From contig NC_043006.1 of the NCBI RefSeq assembly GCF_006345805.1, forward strand, positions 34,472,001-34,536,000: a stretch of 64,000 nt of DNA. The letters run 5' to 3'. Below the pieces are notes generated by a model. It had not been told where the DNA came from. It saw only the letters and a program-made list of their open reading frames with translations, and did no database searches. The stretch's first letter is position 1. Each line of letters begins with the position of its first letter. A program made the position numbers and the translations under genes. This DNA comes from Octopus sinensis (lineage: Eukaryota). Of this stretch, positions 51,806 through 64,000 are shown in pieces.

Positions 51806-53684
51806 ACGTTTGAAATAAATAAAGTAGGATATAGGAGATTTGAACTCGGAAACAATGGACAAACACTGGTTCAATACCTTATCTACTCAGCCGACCCATC
51901 ATCTTTTAAAGGCCACTTTTCATGCTTACACGGGTCAGACAATTTGTTGAGGCAATTTTCTAAAGCTATTTGCCTTACTGGAATCACCCTCCCCTGTTTC
52001 CAGGCAAAATAATATTTTCACATGGCCAGACGTTTTTCACAGAAGACTAGAAATCAACTTAGTTGTATGACACTGATGCTCGTTTACAACTGTCACATGA
52101 TGTCAAGAGTACACTTGTATGACAAGCTTCCGTATTGTATCCATCTACCAAATCCACTCCCAAGGCTTTGGTCAGCCTGGGGCTACTGCAAGAGACACTT
52201 GTCCAAGATACTGCACATAGGGCCTGAAACCAAGACCACTTGGTTAAGAAGCAAGCTTCTCAACCACATAGCCATGTCTGCACTATCACTATGAAATTTA
52301 GATTTACAATATACAAAGGTGTGACATGTGTGTGAATGTGAGGAAAGGCAAAGAATGAGAGAGCTACGTTCAACAACAAAGGAAATAAGTAACAAGACAG
52401 GTGAGACAGACAGGTAAATTAGTGGAGAAATACGTGATAGCTCCAAAATGGTACAGACTTTCACCGATTCCATTCTCTGCATTTATATACCTTCATAAAC
52501 TTAAATCACAGATTATCAATCAGATGACACACTGGTTATACTTAATTACTTTTATCAATAGGAAAAACAAAAACATATATATATAAAGAGAGAGAGAGAG
52601 AGTATATATACATTCCTAATACATAGGAATGTATATATTCAATAAATAATATTATTAAAGGCAGATGAAATCAGTGATATGACCTGGCTGAATGGAGCCA
52701 GAGACTGCAAATGAGAAAGGGTACTTACTCCCAGTAACCAAGGAAATTCAAGACCTTGGTGGAGAGGAAACCCCTGATCATTGGTCCTCAGTTGCTCTCC
52801 CTCTTTTGTGATTATATTATGTCAATGTATGGTTTGATTGAATTTATTTTTCTTTTTGTGTGTATCCATATCTGTTTACTAAACTGACACATGGCGTAGT
52901 GGTTTGGATGTTGGACTCAGGACCATAAGACTATAGTTTCGATTCCTGGACCAGGTATTCATGAGCAAGACTCTTCATTTCAAATTGCTCTAATCTATTC
53001 AGTTGGCAAAAATGAGTATTCCTGCAACAGACTGGTTTTCTGTGCAGTGCGGAATATTTCAGGGAAAATGGCCCTATGAGAATATATGACTTGGGGAAAG
53101 AGCAGAGAGAACACCACCATTATCATTTAAAAATCACTTTTCTATGTTCGAATATGTCAGATGGAATTTGTTGAGGCAGATTTTGTATGGCTGGATGCTC
53201 TTCCTGTTGCCAACTCTCACCTGTCTGCTAGCAAGGAAATGCTTTTACATAAGCTTGGAGGAAGATGTTTCTATGATGGTGACACTCATTTGCCACAATA
53301 ATGCAATATCAAGACAAGGAGACACCAACTCACACATACCCAAACACACACACTAGTTTCAAATTTTGGCACAAGGCCAGCAAGTTCAGGAGAAGGGGTA
53401 ACTTGAACAACCCCAGTCCTTAACTGCTATTTCTTTTATTCCTTTCTACTCTAGGTACAAGGCCCAAGGAGGGGGCCAGTCAATTAGATCGACTCCAGTA
53501 CATAACTGGCACTTAATTTATTGACCCCGGAAAGAAGAAAGGCAAAGTCATCCTTGGCAGCATTTGAACTCAGAACGTAAAGACAGACAAAATACTATTA
53601 AGCATTTATCTGGTGTGCTAACGTTTCTGCCAGCTGCTAATGTTCTGCCATATATATAATGGGTACAAGACGTCACGAACAGTA

Positions 53685-53950
53685 AAAACATGAAATACGA
53701 AAACAAATGAATTCAATATGCAAACAACGAGAGAAACAAATGAAAAACATGACAAGTAACACAAAGAACGACCCTTCGTCAGTTGTTGGCTGTCTTTCAA
53801 CTTATTTATTGTTCAATGCTCGAAATGAGGAAGTAAATAGACAACCGACAACTGATGAAGGGTCGTTCTTTCTGTTACTTGTTTTGTTTTGCATTTGTTT
53901 TTCTTGTAGTTTGTGTATTGAACTAATTTATTTTCGTATTTCATGTTGTA
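53685..53950. repeat. Long imperfect inverted repeat (~110-bp arms)
   Basis: GAACGACCCTTCGTCAGTTGTTGGCTGTCT pairs with AGACAACCGACAACTGATGAAGGGTCGTTC, and pairing extends outward to ACATGAAATACGAAAA/TTTTCGTATTTCATGT. Confidence 0.8.
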
Positions 53951-54275
53951 TTTCATATATGCATATATATATATATATATATATATGCATATAAATAGAT
54001 GTGTGTATTTTTCCCTTGTTAACAATTAACATGGAAAAAATAGATAAATAGTTACCCGGGTAGCAGAAATAAATAGCACGGGAAAAGAAAAAAAAAATCA
54101 AGCTCTACTTCATTTCCTCCCAAATCAATTGATCTCAATAGGTAAAAGGTATTTTACATTGTTTTACACCATTTTATTCCTTTGGAATAATACCAGTGAT
54201 ATCTTCGAAACGTGTCGGAAGTAAAAGAATTTGAATAACACCTGCGTTTAACTCGATTTATTTATTTATTTATAT

Positions 54276-54309
<34 letters not shown>

Positions 54310-55768
54310 GCATATATAGATCTATATTAAAAGCATTATTAAGTTTGCACAGTGATGCATAATTGCAGCGATAAAGTAAATCAGAAAACTATATTTGCTG
54401 CAGCTGAATTCCTTCAGCTTTGCGACAAGTCTAGTGTCAGTGATGAATTTTTTATCAATAACAACAACACAGATAGTTTACTTGTTCGAACTGTCAAAGG
54501 ATTTCATTAGACACGACATAGGCAATGGAATGGCTAAATATCTCTCAATAACGATTCCACTAGTCTTCATTATGATTTCTTACATTGGCAGGAAGCTAGA
54601 CATTTTGTAGTAGAGTTTATAGTGACAATAGCTGTCGTTGTTGTAGCCACTACTACTGCAGATGCTACCACCACCACCACCATTACTCTACCATCATCAT
54701 CACCATCTCCAGTAATGCTACCATCATTTTCTTTGATATGATATATATGTATGTATGTGTATATATGTGTGTGTGTGTGTTTATATATATGTATGTATGA
54801 GTGTATATATGTACATGTGTGTATATATATGCATATATATACTCTTTTACTTGTTTCAGTTATTTCACTGCGGCCACGCTGGAGCAACACCTTTAGTTGA
54901 ATAAATCCATCCTTGGACTTATTCTTCGTAAGCCTAGTATTTATTCTATCAGTCTCTTTTTGCTGAACCGCAAGTGACAGGGACTTAAACAACATTGGTT
55001 GTCAAGCAATGGTGAGGAGACAAACACAGACACAAACACATACACACACACATATATACACACACACACACACATATATATATATGATGGCCTCTTTCAG
55101 TTTCCATCAATCAAATCCACCCACAAAGCTTTGGTTGGCCCCCAAGGTGCCATGCAGTGGGACTGAACCTGGAACCATGTGGTTGGGAAGCAAGCTTCTT
55201 ACCATACAGCCACTCCTGTGTTATAATTAGGTGCTACCCCAGGGTACAAAATAATTCACACACACTCTCTACATGATGGGTATGTAAAATTAGACTGACA
55301 TTGACTGGAAAATTTCACAAAAGTTGGATCTTAATGTCGTCTCATTTTATTTTTTACTTATTTCAGTCATCAGTCTGTGGCCATGCTAGAGCACCAGCTT
55401 GAAAGGTTTACTCAAAGAAGTTGACCCTCATATTCATTTCTTAGGTATGGTATTTATTCTATCCGTCGCTTTTGCGAAACACACAGACACACACACTATG
55501 GGCTTCCACACAGTCTCCATCAACCAAACACACTCACAATGCATCGATCGGCCTGGGACTATACAAGACACTTGTTGAAGAATGCCACACAGTGGGACTG
55601 AACTCAAAACTGCACAGTTGCAAAGTGAGCTCCTAAACCACATAACCATGCCTATATGTATATAGGCATGTAATTGAACGTTAAGCATTAGCTGCAGCAC
55701 AATTTTTAATTTTAGAAAATGTGCAGGCTAAGACTACGCGCCTTCACTGGTCAGTTAAGGTGAGACAG

Positions 55769-56121
55769 TGTCACGTGACAACTTGCTGGGGTTGCCTGCT
55801 GGAGTCTAGCGGCAGGTATTTAAAGGGGAAAATTTGACAAGACAGTCAGTCACCGGCTGACACTCACTGACGATACATCGAAGAGGCCAGGGAACAGAAG
55901 AAAGAAGACATGCACCCAACACCAGAGCTGAAGACACCTCCGAAAGGGGGATCCCTGCCACATCAAAATGGTAGAGGAGTAGGGGCCGAAACCGGACGTG
56001 GTTCCTCCTGATGATGTCTTGAGTTAACTGGATCCTATAAAGGAGCTGTTGTGGTAGCAGACCATGAAACACGGTTGTAATTCCTCCCCTCTGGTCCATC
56101 TCACGATACCACATCATGACA
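55769..56121 (+). mobile_element. Possible solo LTR
   Basis: TGTCA...TGACA termini, TATTTAAA box, partial second copy at 15145-15295; no clear TSD. Confidence 0.4.
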
Positions 56122-56449
56122 TTTTAAGTTGCATCTTGAGAACTTATTTTCAATATGTATATGCACACACACACACACACACATTACTGTTTTTGTGAAG
56201 CAGTAATGAAGTAACTTGGCAATGCATAGCTGTAACGAAAATAAGCCATCAAAGAGGTAACATATATCAGCATTTAGAAACAGTATGCTCTGAAAGTTAA
56301 CCTCCATTATCAAAGACATACTTATCAATGGCACTTCTTTATTTCAGCTACAATTTTAAGAAGGAAAATAAAACATTAAAAAGATATCGAACATTTTAAA
56401 AATCACTTTTAAACAATGAATAGCGAAAAAGAAATAAAAATGAGTATGT

Positions 56450-56664
56450 ATGTGTGTACACACACACACACATATACATATATATATGTATATATGTATA
56501 CACACACACACACACATATATATATACACACACGCACAAATATATATATACACATACATATATATATATACACACACACACACATATATATATACACACA
56601 CACATATATATATATACACACACACACACACATATTATATATATATATATATACACACACACAC

Positions 56665-56701
<37 letters not shown>

Positions 56702-56731
56702 TATTTATATATACACACACACACACATATT

Positions 56732-56785
<54 letters not shown>

Positions 56786-56810
56786 TATATATACACACAC
56801 ACACAAATAC
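56450..56810. repeat. (TA)n(CA)n compound microsatellite
   Basis: Direct reading; source of the HTHT/YIYI ORFs. Confidence 0.95.
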
Positions 56811-57909
56811 ATATTCACACAAAACCAGACATTCAGAAGATTCACACAGGCACACACCATGTGTGTATGTGTATACATATACCAATAAAGACATACATAA
56901 ACATGTACATGTGCGGTGCGAGATTACACAAATACATATATAAAGCTTTCTATGTGCATGCACACACACACACAGACAGACATCTGCAACCCACACACAT
57001 ACAAAAACATTATCAGTAATATTACTTTCTTGGCTTCTTTTGCAGATTGTAATGTGTTTCTCTTGGAGACTAAATACATGATTAAACACATTGAAAGCAA
57101 AAACCAGAAGATAAAAAAGAAAACAAAAATTAAATGGACAAAAAAAGTGCAGAAATAAATAACATGGGAAAATAAAAATAAAAATTGAGCTCTGCTCTCC
57201 ATTCCCTCCCAAATCAATTGATCTCAATAGGTAAAAGGTATTTTACATTAGATACGATTGGATGACGTACATTTTGTTATTTCTGATTGGCTGATTATGC
57301 ATTGGTGCAAACCTGTTTTAAGATGTAGCTGTTATTGAAGTAGTTGTTTAGCCCCAGGTGAGATTTGATTAAAAAAAAAGAATCAGAGATCAAAGATGTT
57401 TTAGCTATTGTCCAATTTATTAGTCAATCTAATTTAAGATGTAGGCTATAATTTGAGGAAGATTTGACTGCTATTTCAAGAGTAACCCTGCAAGGGTTTT
57501 CTTGTTGGTTTGCTGTTGTTAATTAATCTTGCTCATTTCCAAGATCATTTTCAGAGAATGCCAACGGTTGTATTGATAAAGTAACATACAATAAAGCAAG
57601 AACTCAATAGTTTCTATCTCATCATTGGCACCATAGATATATGTGTGTGTGCGTGTGTTCAAAGTTAATACATCTTTAATACTCTGAAGTGGCGAGCTGG
57701 CAGAAACATTAGCAAGCTGGGCAAAATGCTTAGTGGAATTTCGTCTGTTTTGACGTTCTGAGTTCAAATTCTGCCATGGTTGACTTTGCCTTTCATCCCT
57801 TCGGAGTTGATAAATTAAGTACCAGTTGGGTACTGGGGTTGATTTAATCAACTGACCCCTTCCCAAAAATTTTGGGCTTTGTGCCTAGAGTAAGAAAGAA
57901 TATTTATTG

Positions 57910-58543
57910 CCATGACCTTCAAACACTGGGCCTCACCGAGGCAATGACTGGTGATCGAGACCTTTGGAAATATGCTGTGCTTGAGAAGACCCAGCAAACC
58001 AAGTGAGACTATAACCCATGGCCTATGTCAGCAGTGTAACCAGCCTACTTATGCGTACCTTTCTTTCGTTGGACACAAAAATTTGCTTGTGAAGACCTGT
58101 TGAGGTAAGTGAGATCACTATCAAAATCAAATTTGCTGACGTGGCCAATGACAGCACTGCAGGACTGGCACCTGTGCCAGAGGAACATTGAAAGCACCAT
58201 CCAAGCGTGATCATTACCTCACTGGTACAAGTGCCAGTGGCACATGAAAAACAACATTCAAGTGAGGTCATTGCCAGTGCCACTGGACTGGCTCCTGTGC
58301 AGGTGGCACATAAAAAACACCGTTTGAGCGTCTCCAGTACCACTTGACTGGCCCTCATGCCGGTGGCACATAAAAGCCCCCACTACACACCCGGATTGGT
58401 TGGCATTAGGAAGGACATCCAGCTGTAGAAACTCTGCCAGATCAGATTGGAGCCTGGTGCAGCCATCTGGTTTGCCAGTCCTCAGTCAAACAGTCCAACC
58501 CATGCCAGCATGGAAAGCGGACGTTAAATGATGATGATGATGA
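57910..58543 (+). mobile_element. RTE LINE 3' end inserted between two SINE B copies
   Basis: HDLQTLGLTEAMTGDRDLWKYAVLEKTQQTK*, UTR subrepeats and (GAT)n; shorter sibling at 58940-59277. Confidence 0.85.
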
Positions 58544-59934
58544 TTCAAAGCATTGAGCTGCCAGAAATGTTAGCATGCCAGGCAAAATGCTTAACAGTAT
58601 TTTGTCTTTCTTTATGCTCTGAGTTCAACTTTGCCTTTCATCCTTTCGGACTCGATAAATTAAGTACCAGTTGCGTACTGAGGTCGATCTAATCAAATGG
58701 CCCCCTCCTCAAAATTTCGGGCCTTGTGCTTAGAATAGAAAAGAATATGTGAAATATGTCCATCAAAGCAATTTAATGAAATCTTTTCATTTTAATCTTC
58801 CAGTCATTTCTCAGCTACAAGTTCTGTGTTTGTTGTCCTTCCCAAATTCTTCATTCTCTTTATTTCTTAGGGATATACAGAATTGTTTCCAACATCTATT
58901 TTTCTTTCCCATATTTCTCAAATTTCAAATATGTACAAGCATTGGGCACCATTCAAGTGCTGGGCCTCAAGGAGGCAGTGACAGGTGACCAAGAGCCTTG
59001 GCAATATACCGTGCTTGTGTTGACCTGTCAAACTAAGTGAGACTATAATTATGGCTGATGCCAGTGTCAGGTCAATGGCACCCATGCTGGTGGCACATAA
59101 AAAGCACCCACTACACTCTCGAAGTTGTTGGTGTTAGGAAGGGCATCTAGCCATAGAAACTTTGCCAAATCAGATTGGAACCTGGTGCAGCCCACTGACT
59201 AACCAGTTTTCAGTCAAACCGTCCAACCCATGCCAGCAGGGAAAGCAGAGGTTAAACGTTGATGATGATGATGATGTAGTGTACCTAATAACACAGGTTA
59301 GTTGAATATATTGAATATTTGGATATGCATTTGGCTGGAATTGGTCAATGCTGAGATATGAAGGTCAAAGATTGAGGATAAATACATCGTTCAGACATAT
59401 GAAAATTATTCCCATTGATTTTTGTTTGGTGATAAAACTTAGCTTTGATTGTACTACTATTCTTACCAAAATATATATTTAAAAAAAAAAATACAGAATA
59501 CACACACAAAACTGACTATATCACCAACATCGTCATCATCATTTGATGTCATTTTTCCCATTCTGGTATAGGTTGGACAGTTCAATATGAACAGTGTGCC
59601 AGATGGCTCTGCCGGGTCCTATGTCTGCTTACGTAGGGTTTCTATAGCTGGGTGCCCTTCCTAATGCCAATCACATAAGGTGCACTAAGTGCATCTTATG
59701 TGTGCACCAGTGTTTTTTACATGGCACCAAGTGTGTTTTCATGTGGCACAAGAAATACATGTTTATGTTTGCTCCTCCCCACTGTTTGACAAGAGAAGTT
59801 CATTTCTTTAAGGCACTGTAACTTATCAGTTTGGCAAAAGAGACTGATAAAATAAGTGGCAGACTTCAAAAATAAGTGCTGGGTCCTTTCTATATTTCTA
59901 ACGAAGACACTTAAAGAAGTGGGTAACTGGAAAA

Positions 59935-60035
59935 CGGATTAAGGACGGGATTAGTCTAGATGTGATGCAGTTTGGTTTTGTCCCGGGAAGAGGCACCATT
60001 GATGTTGTATTCTTTAAAGACAATTACAAGAGAAG
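59935..60035 (+). mobile_element. RTE reverse-transcriptase fragment
   Basis: RIKDGISLDVMQFGFVPGRGTIDVVFF..RQLQEK matches the RT QFGF-PGR-T-D motif. Confidence 0.7.
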
Positions 60036-60619
60036 AAGATATTTTGAATTGTTGCTGATGTGTTTTAGATAAAGGGAAAATAATGGTTGGAAGGATGGAA
60101 TAAAAAGGAAAGGAAATGCTTGAAAGATATATAAAGATGTATTTGGAAAAGTGTAGAACTTGAGTCATAAGAAAATGTACTTCCCCACCCATGTTCCGAT
60201 ATAATCTCATTTTTTAAAAGGTTGTCATCAATAATTTATAAAAAATTACCAAACAGAGATAACAGTTTACAGTTATTGTAGTGAGAGGTAAATTGATGTG
60301 TGGCTGTATTTTCTGGCTCTAAAAAGTAGTTATAGTGCATGTTCATATAAGTGGGTGTGTCTGTCATACATGTGTGTTTGTGTGTGTGCATGTATGTATG
60401 TGCGCATGTGTGTGTGTATATATATATATATATATGTATCTATGTATGTATATATATACATATATATGTATACATAAATAAATATAAGAGAATGGTCACT
60501 ATGTGGCTCATTCTAGCACTAGAAAATCCAAAAGGTTTCAACCACAAAAATACATGTTTCCCGTGAAAGTCAGTACGATTGTTAGCTCACACGAACAGGG
60601 CAAATAAAAAATAATATGA

Positions 60620-60797
60620 AGTGTGTATATATCTATATATATGTATGTATGTATATATATATACATACATATATATACGTAAATATATATATATATATAT
60701 ATACATACATATATATACGTAAATATATATATATATATACATACATATATATACGTACATATATATATATATATACATATATTTATGTATGTATATA

Positions 60798-60847
<50 letters not shown>

Positions 60848-61170
60848 TATATATATATACACATATATATATGTATATATATAAGTGTGTGTGTGTGTAT
60901 ATATATACATATATATATACACACATATATATATACATTTATATGTGTATATACATATATACATCTATGTATGTATATATCTATGTATGTATATATATAT
61001 ATTATGTATGTATATATATAAGTGTGTGTATATATGTATGTATGTATCTATATATACACACATAGATGTGCATATGTGTGTGTGTGTGTATCTATGTATG
61101 TATGTGTATATATATAGACATATATATGTGTGTGTGTATATATCTATGTATGTATATATATATATACATA
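60620..61170. repeat. Long (TA)n/(TATG)n compound microsatellite
   Basis: Direct reading. Confidence 0.95.
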
Positions 61171-61336
61171 AATTATGAGTTAGAGGTTATGCAACCATTT
61201 AAGGGATAAATGTATCTAGGCCCTACTGGTGGATTACCTCACTACGTATAGGCCTTGCTATAAGGTTAACGGTAGTTGGTAATTCAAATGGTAAAAACCT
61301 TCATTTAATATATTCAGATAAGAAAAGAAATGGAGC

Positions 61337-61380
<44 letters not shown>

Positions 61381-61686
61381 ATATGCATATATTATATATA
61401 CATATGTGTCTATATACATAATGTTGTTTTGTATGCATGTACTTTTATTTGTGCCTATGTGTATGCATTTATGAGTGAAATATTTGCATATTGTCGTAAA
61501 TTCGTATTGGATGTTACACTGTTATCTCTTTGTCTGGTTTTCTTTTCTATTTTCTGCTGGCTTTTCATTCTACATTTAATGTTTCTTTAATATTATCTCG
61601 AATCTGATGTTTGAAATTTTAAAGATATATAATTAATACACTCAAACATACACACAGATGCACAAAAATACATGTATATGTGTATG

Positions 61687-61729
<43 letters not shown>

Positions 61730-61796
61730 ATACATAAATATCATTCGCCATGATAGATTGCTAGCCACTGCACATTCTTTATTTTCTTTCATTGTT

Positions 61797-61834
61797 TCTT
61801 TCTGTCGAAGAGCGTAGGCTCGAAAGGTTAAAGA
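61797..61834 (+). ncRNA. Variant minimal hammerhead-like motif (CUGUCGA core)
   Basis: TCTTT-CTGTCGA-A-GAGC GTAG GCTC-GAAA-GGTT-AAAGA: perfect stems I and II, non-canonical position 6. Confidence 0.45.
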
Positions 61835-61911
61835 CTTTTTCACTTCCTGAGCATTATACTAATACATCTCTTTGTTGTCTACACCACCTGTCTTCGTCTT
61901 TTGTTAATTCT

Positions 61912-61952
<41 letters not shown>

Positions 61953-61959
61953 TATATAT

Positions 61960-64000
61960 AATAATAAATATTAGGGAATAAATCCAAATTTACAGGGAAA
62001 AATCAGATTTAGGATTGAATCCAATTTTATAGTAAAATATTATATAATATTAATTAGAGACAAAACCACTATTAAGCAAATCAAACAAAGAAAGACTTAA
62101 TCCAATACATAAAAAATTTATATAAATTAAATAAAATTAAATTCGCCACTACAATTGTTTCGTGTCTCTTCTAAGGACATTCATCAGGTGGTATTCAGAT
62201 CTAAAAATAATCAATATTTTTAAGATATAAATTTAAAATGACTAAAAAATATAAATAATATAAATTTATCAATGAAAAAATATATATATAATCTATATAT
62301 AATCAAGAACTAAAATAACCTCTATAAACAATTGAATATAATGAAACCTAGTATTTAAGTTCTCATATTTAAAGATGAAGAATCTAATTTCAAAAAACAA
62401 AAAGCAAAAATTAAAATATATATACACACATGCTCATACCCATATATCTAAGTATATATATAAACATATCTAAGTACATACACTAACTCACACACCCATA
62501 TATATATCTCTATACATACACATAAACATCTAGGCAACGATAAATTAATAAAGTAGCCGTATACTTCTACACATTACTTATTCATACTCCAACACATACA
62601 CATACAACCCTCATTCATAAACACAGACAACAACACAGAGCAAACACCACATCCAGCAGCCGCAGATACTCAACAACAACCCACAGAAACAGTTCATTCT
62701 TAGCAAGAAACTACCAAATACCATATACCACATATATACAACAACCATACATAAATACTTAAAACAAACACACACACACACATATTCCAAATACCACATG
62801 CATGCAACAAACATACACAAATACGCAAACAAACACACGCACACATTCACACATACATAAACACCCAAAGGAAAACATCATTTCTACACATAAACAATGC
62901 ACACCCACACACTCACACACACAATCACTCGCACACAACCGCACTCCCACCGCAACACTCCAACACAGAGGAGTAACAAATTCAGCAGATACATACACTC
63001 AGCCACACACATACAGGAACATTCCCTACTCAGCAATATACTATTAAAAACACCAACACCACTCTAAAACAAATTTATGAATAAGAATAATAACATATAT
63101 AAAATTATTCTATTATTAAACATAACCTAAACCATTTAAAACGAACCTATCTATTTATCAAAGTATGTCTAAATTATTTAATAACTAATAACAAAGAAAA
63201 ATACGATAAATAGATCACTACATAAACAACAAGATTAACATAATGAGAATATATTATTCAAAAGCTTATACATATTAAAATTACAATTAGGAGATCTTAA
63301 AAAATACGTACCTTCTATTCAATTTTAAGTTATGAAGTAAATTTAAAAGCCTAACTGTTACAGCGTTTACAAAATTACGTTATCAAAGAAATAGAATATA
63401 TTTTTAATAAATCCTTTGCACGTGATGAACGAACATTATTTTAAAGATTATGAATGGAATAGAATAGAATATGTTAATCAACGTAAATAGACTGAATTTA
63501 CTAAAAAATTCTTTGTGTGTGCATATGTGTGTATGGGTAGATATATTATGCATGTATATATGTGTATATATATGTGCACATCTATATATATATACATCTA
63601 CACATAAAATACAAAATACAAAGTTATATCTTGATATCGCTAGTGATAACAATACTCAAAATATATAATAGACTGGAATTGTAGGCCCGTCTCTTGCAAT
63701 TTCGATCAATTGGATCTTGTCCTCCCTCTTGTATAGAAGTGTACGGCTGCAGCGAAATTCATTTTTGGACTTTCTTCTATCGAAGGCATTTTAACAAAAA
63801 TGCTTCCGTAAAGACGGTGAAAATATTATCAATTTCCCCAAATAGGGACACAATTCAATTTTTAAACAATAATCAAAGCCCCTTCTCCGAAAGGGGGAGG
63901 GTTACAGTTTACAATTATTTAACAAATGCAACACAACAACGTTTCCCTGACGAGGAACTAACAAACCTGATTACAATAATCAAACAATAATAATAATAAC
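61960..64000. mobile_element. AT-rich repeat carrying the hammerhead, probably Penelope-like; right boundary unclear
   Basis: Its start GGGAATAAATCCAAATTTACAGGGAAAA recurs at about 32995-33030; contains the 62146-62191 ribozyme; no RT or GIY-YIG motif recognised. Confidence 0.4.
62146..62191 (-). ncRNA. Intact minimal type I hammerhead ribozyme (GUA cleavage triplet)
   Basis: CCAC-CTGATGA-ATGTC CTTAGAAGA GACAC-GAA-ACAATTGT-A-GTGG: all core nucleotides present, palindromic stem III, stem I CCAC/GTGG. Confidence 0.8.

Noticed and set aside
56356-61178. Many YIYI/HTHT/CVCV ORFs
   Set aside because: Translations of dinucleotide microsatellites.
63694-63990. 98-aa ORF as a gene or PLE protein
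   Set aside because: Non-ATG start, no recognisable motif, lies in repeat-like DNA at the window edge.

Overview
AT-rich, repeat-dense eukaryotic DNA. The SINE/RTE/R4 landscape, the (TA)n/(CA)n/(AAT)n microsatellites and a divergent GC-expanded 18S fragment point to a coleoid cephalopod, probably Octopus (inference). No intact multi-exon CDS is visible; almost all listed ORFs come from microsatellites or decayed retroelements. The window looks like the inside of very long introns of a minus-strand gene: two near-perfect polypyrimidine-YAG|GTRAGT junctions (candidate recursive splice sites, 13230|13229 and 48863|48862), one candidate 48-codon exon (25661-25518) and a cluster of RFX X-boxes (29112-30137). 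Other highlights are (1) a 2.3-kb GC-rich insert (42909-45220) of 22-bp tandem arrays joined twice at the same nucleotide of the 18S rRNA 5' domain plus putative 5' ETS, inside an RTE LINE 3' UTR with a target-site-like duplication, and (2) several distinct minimal type I hammerhead ribozyme families in Penelope-like repeats, including a tRNA-headed one. Repeat boundaries were read by eye and are approximate.
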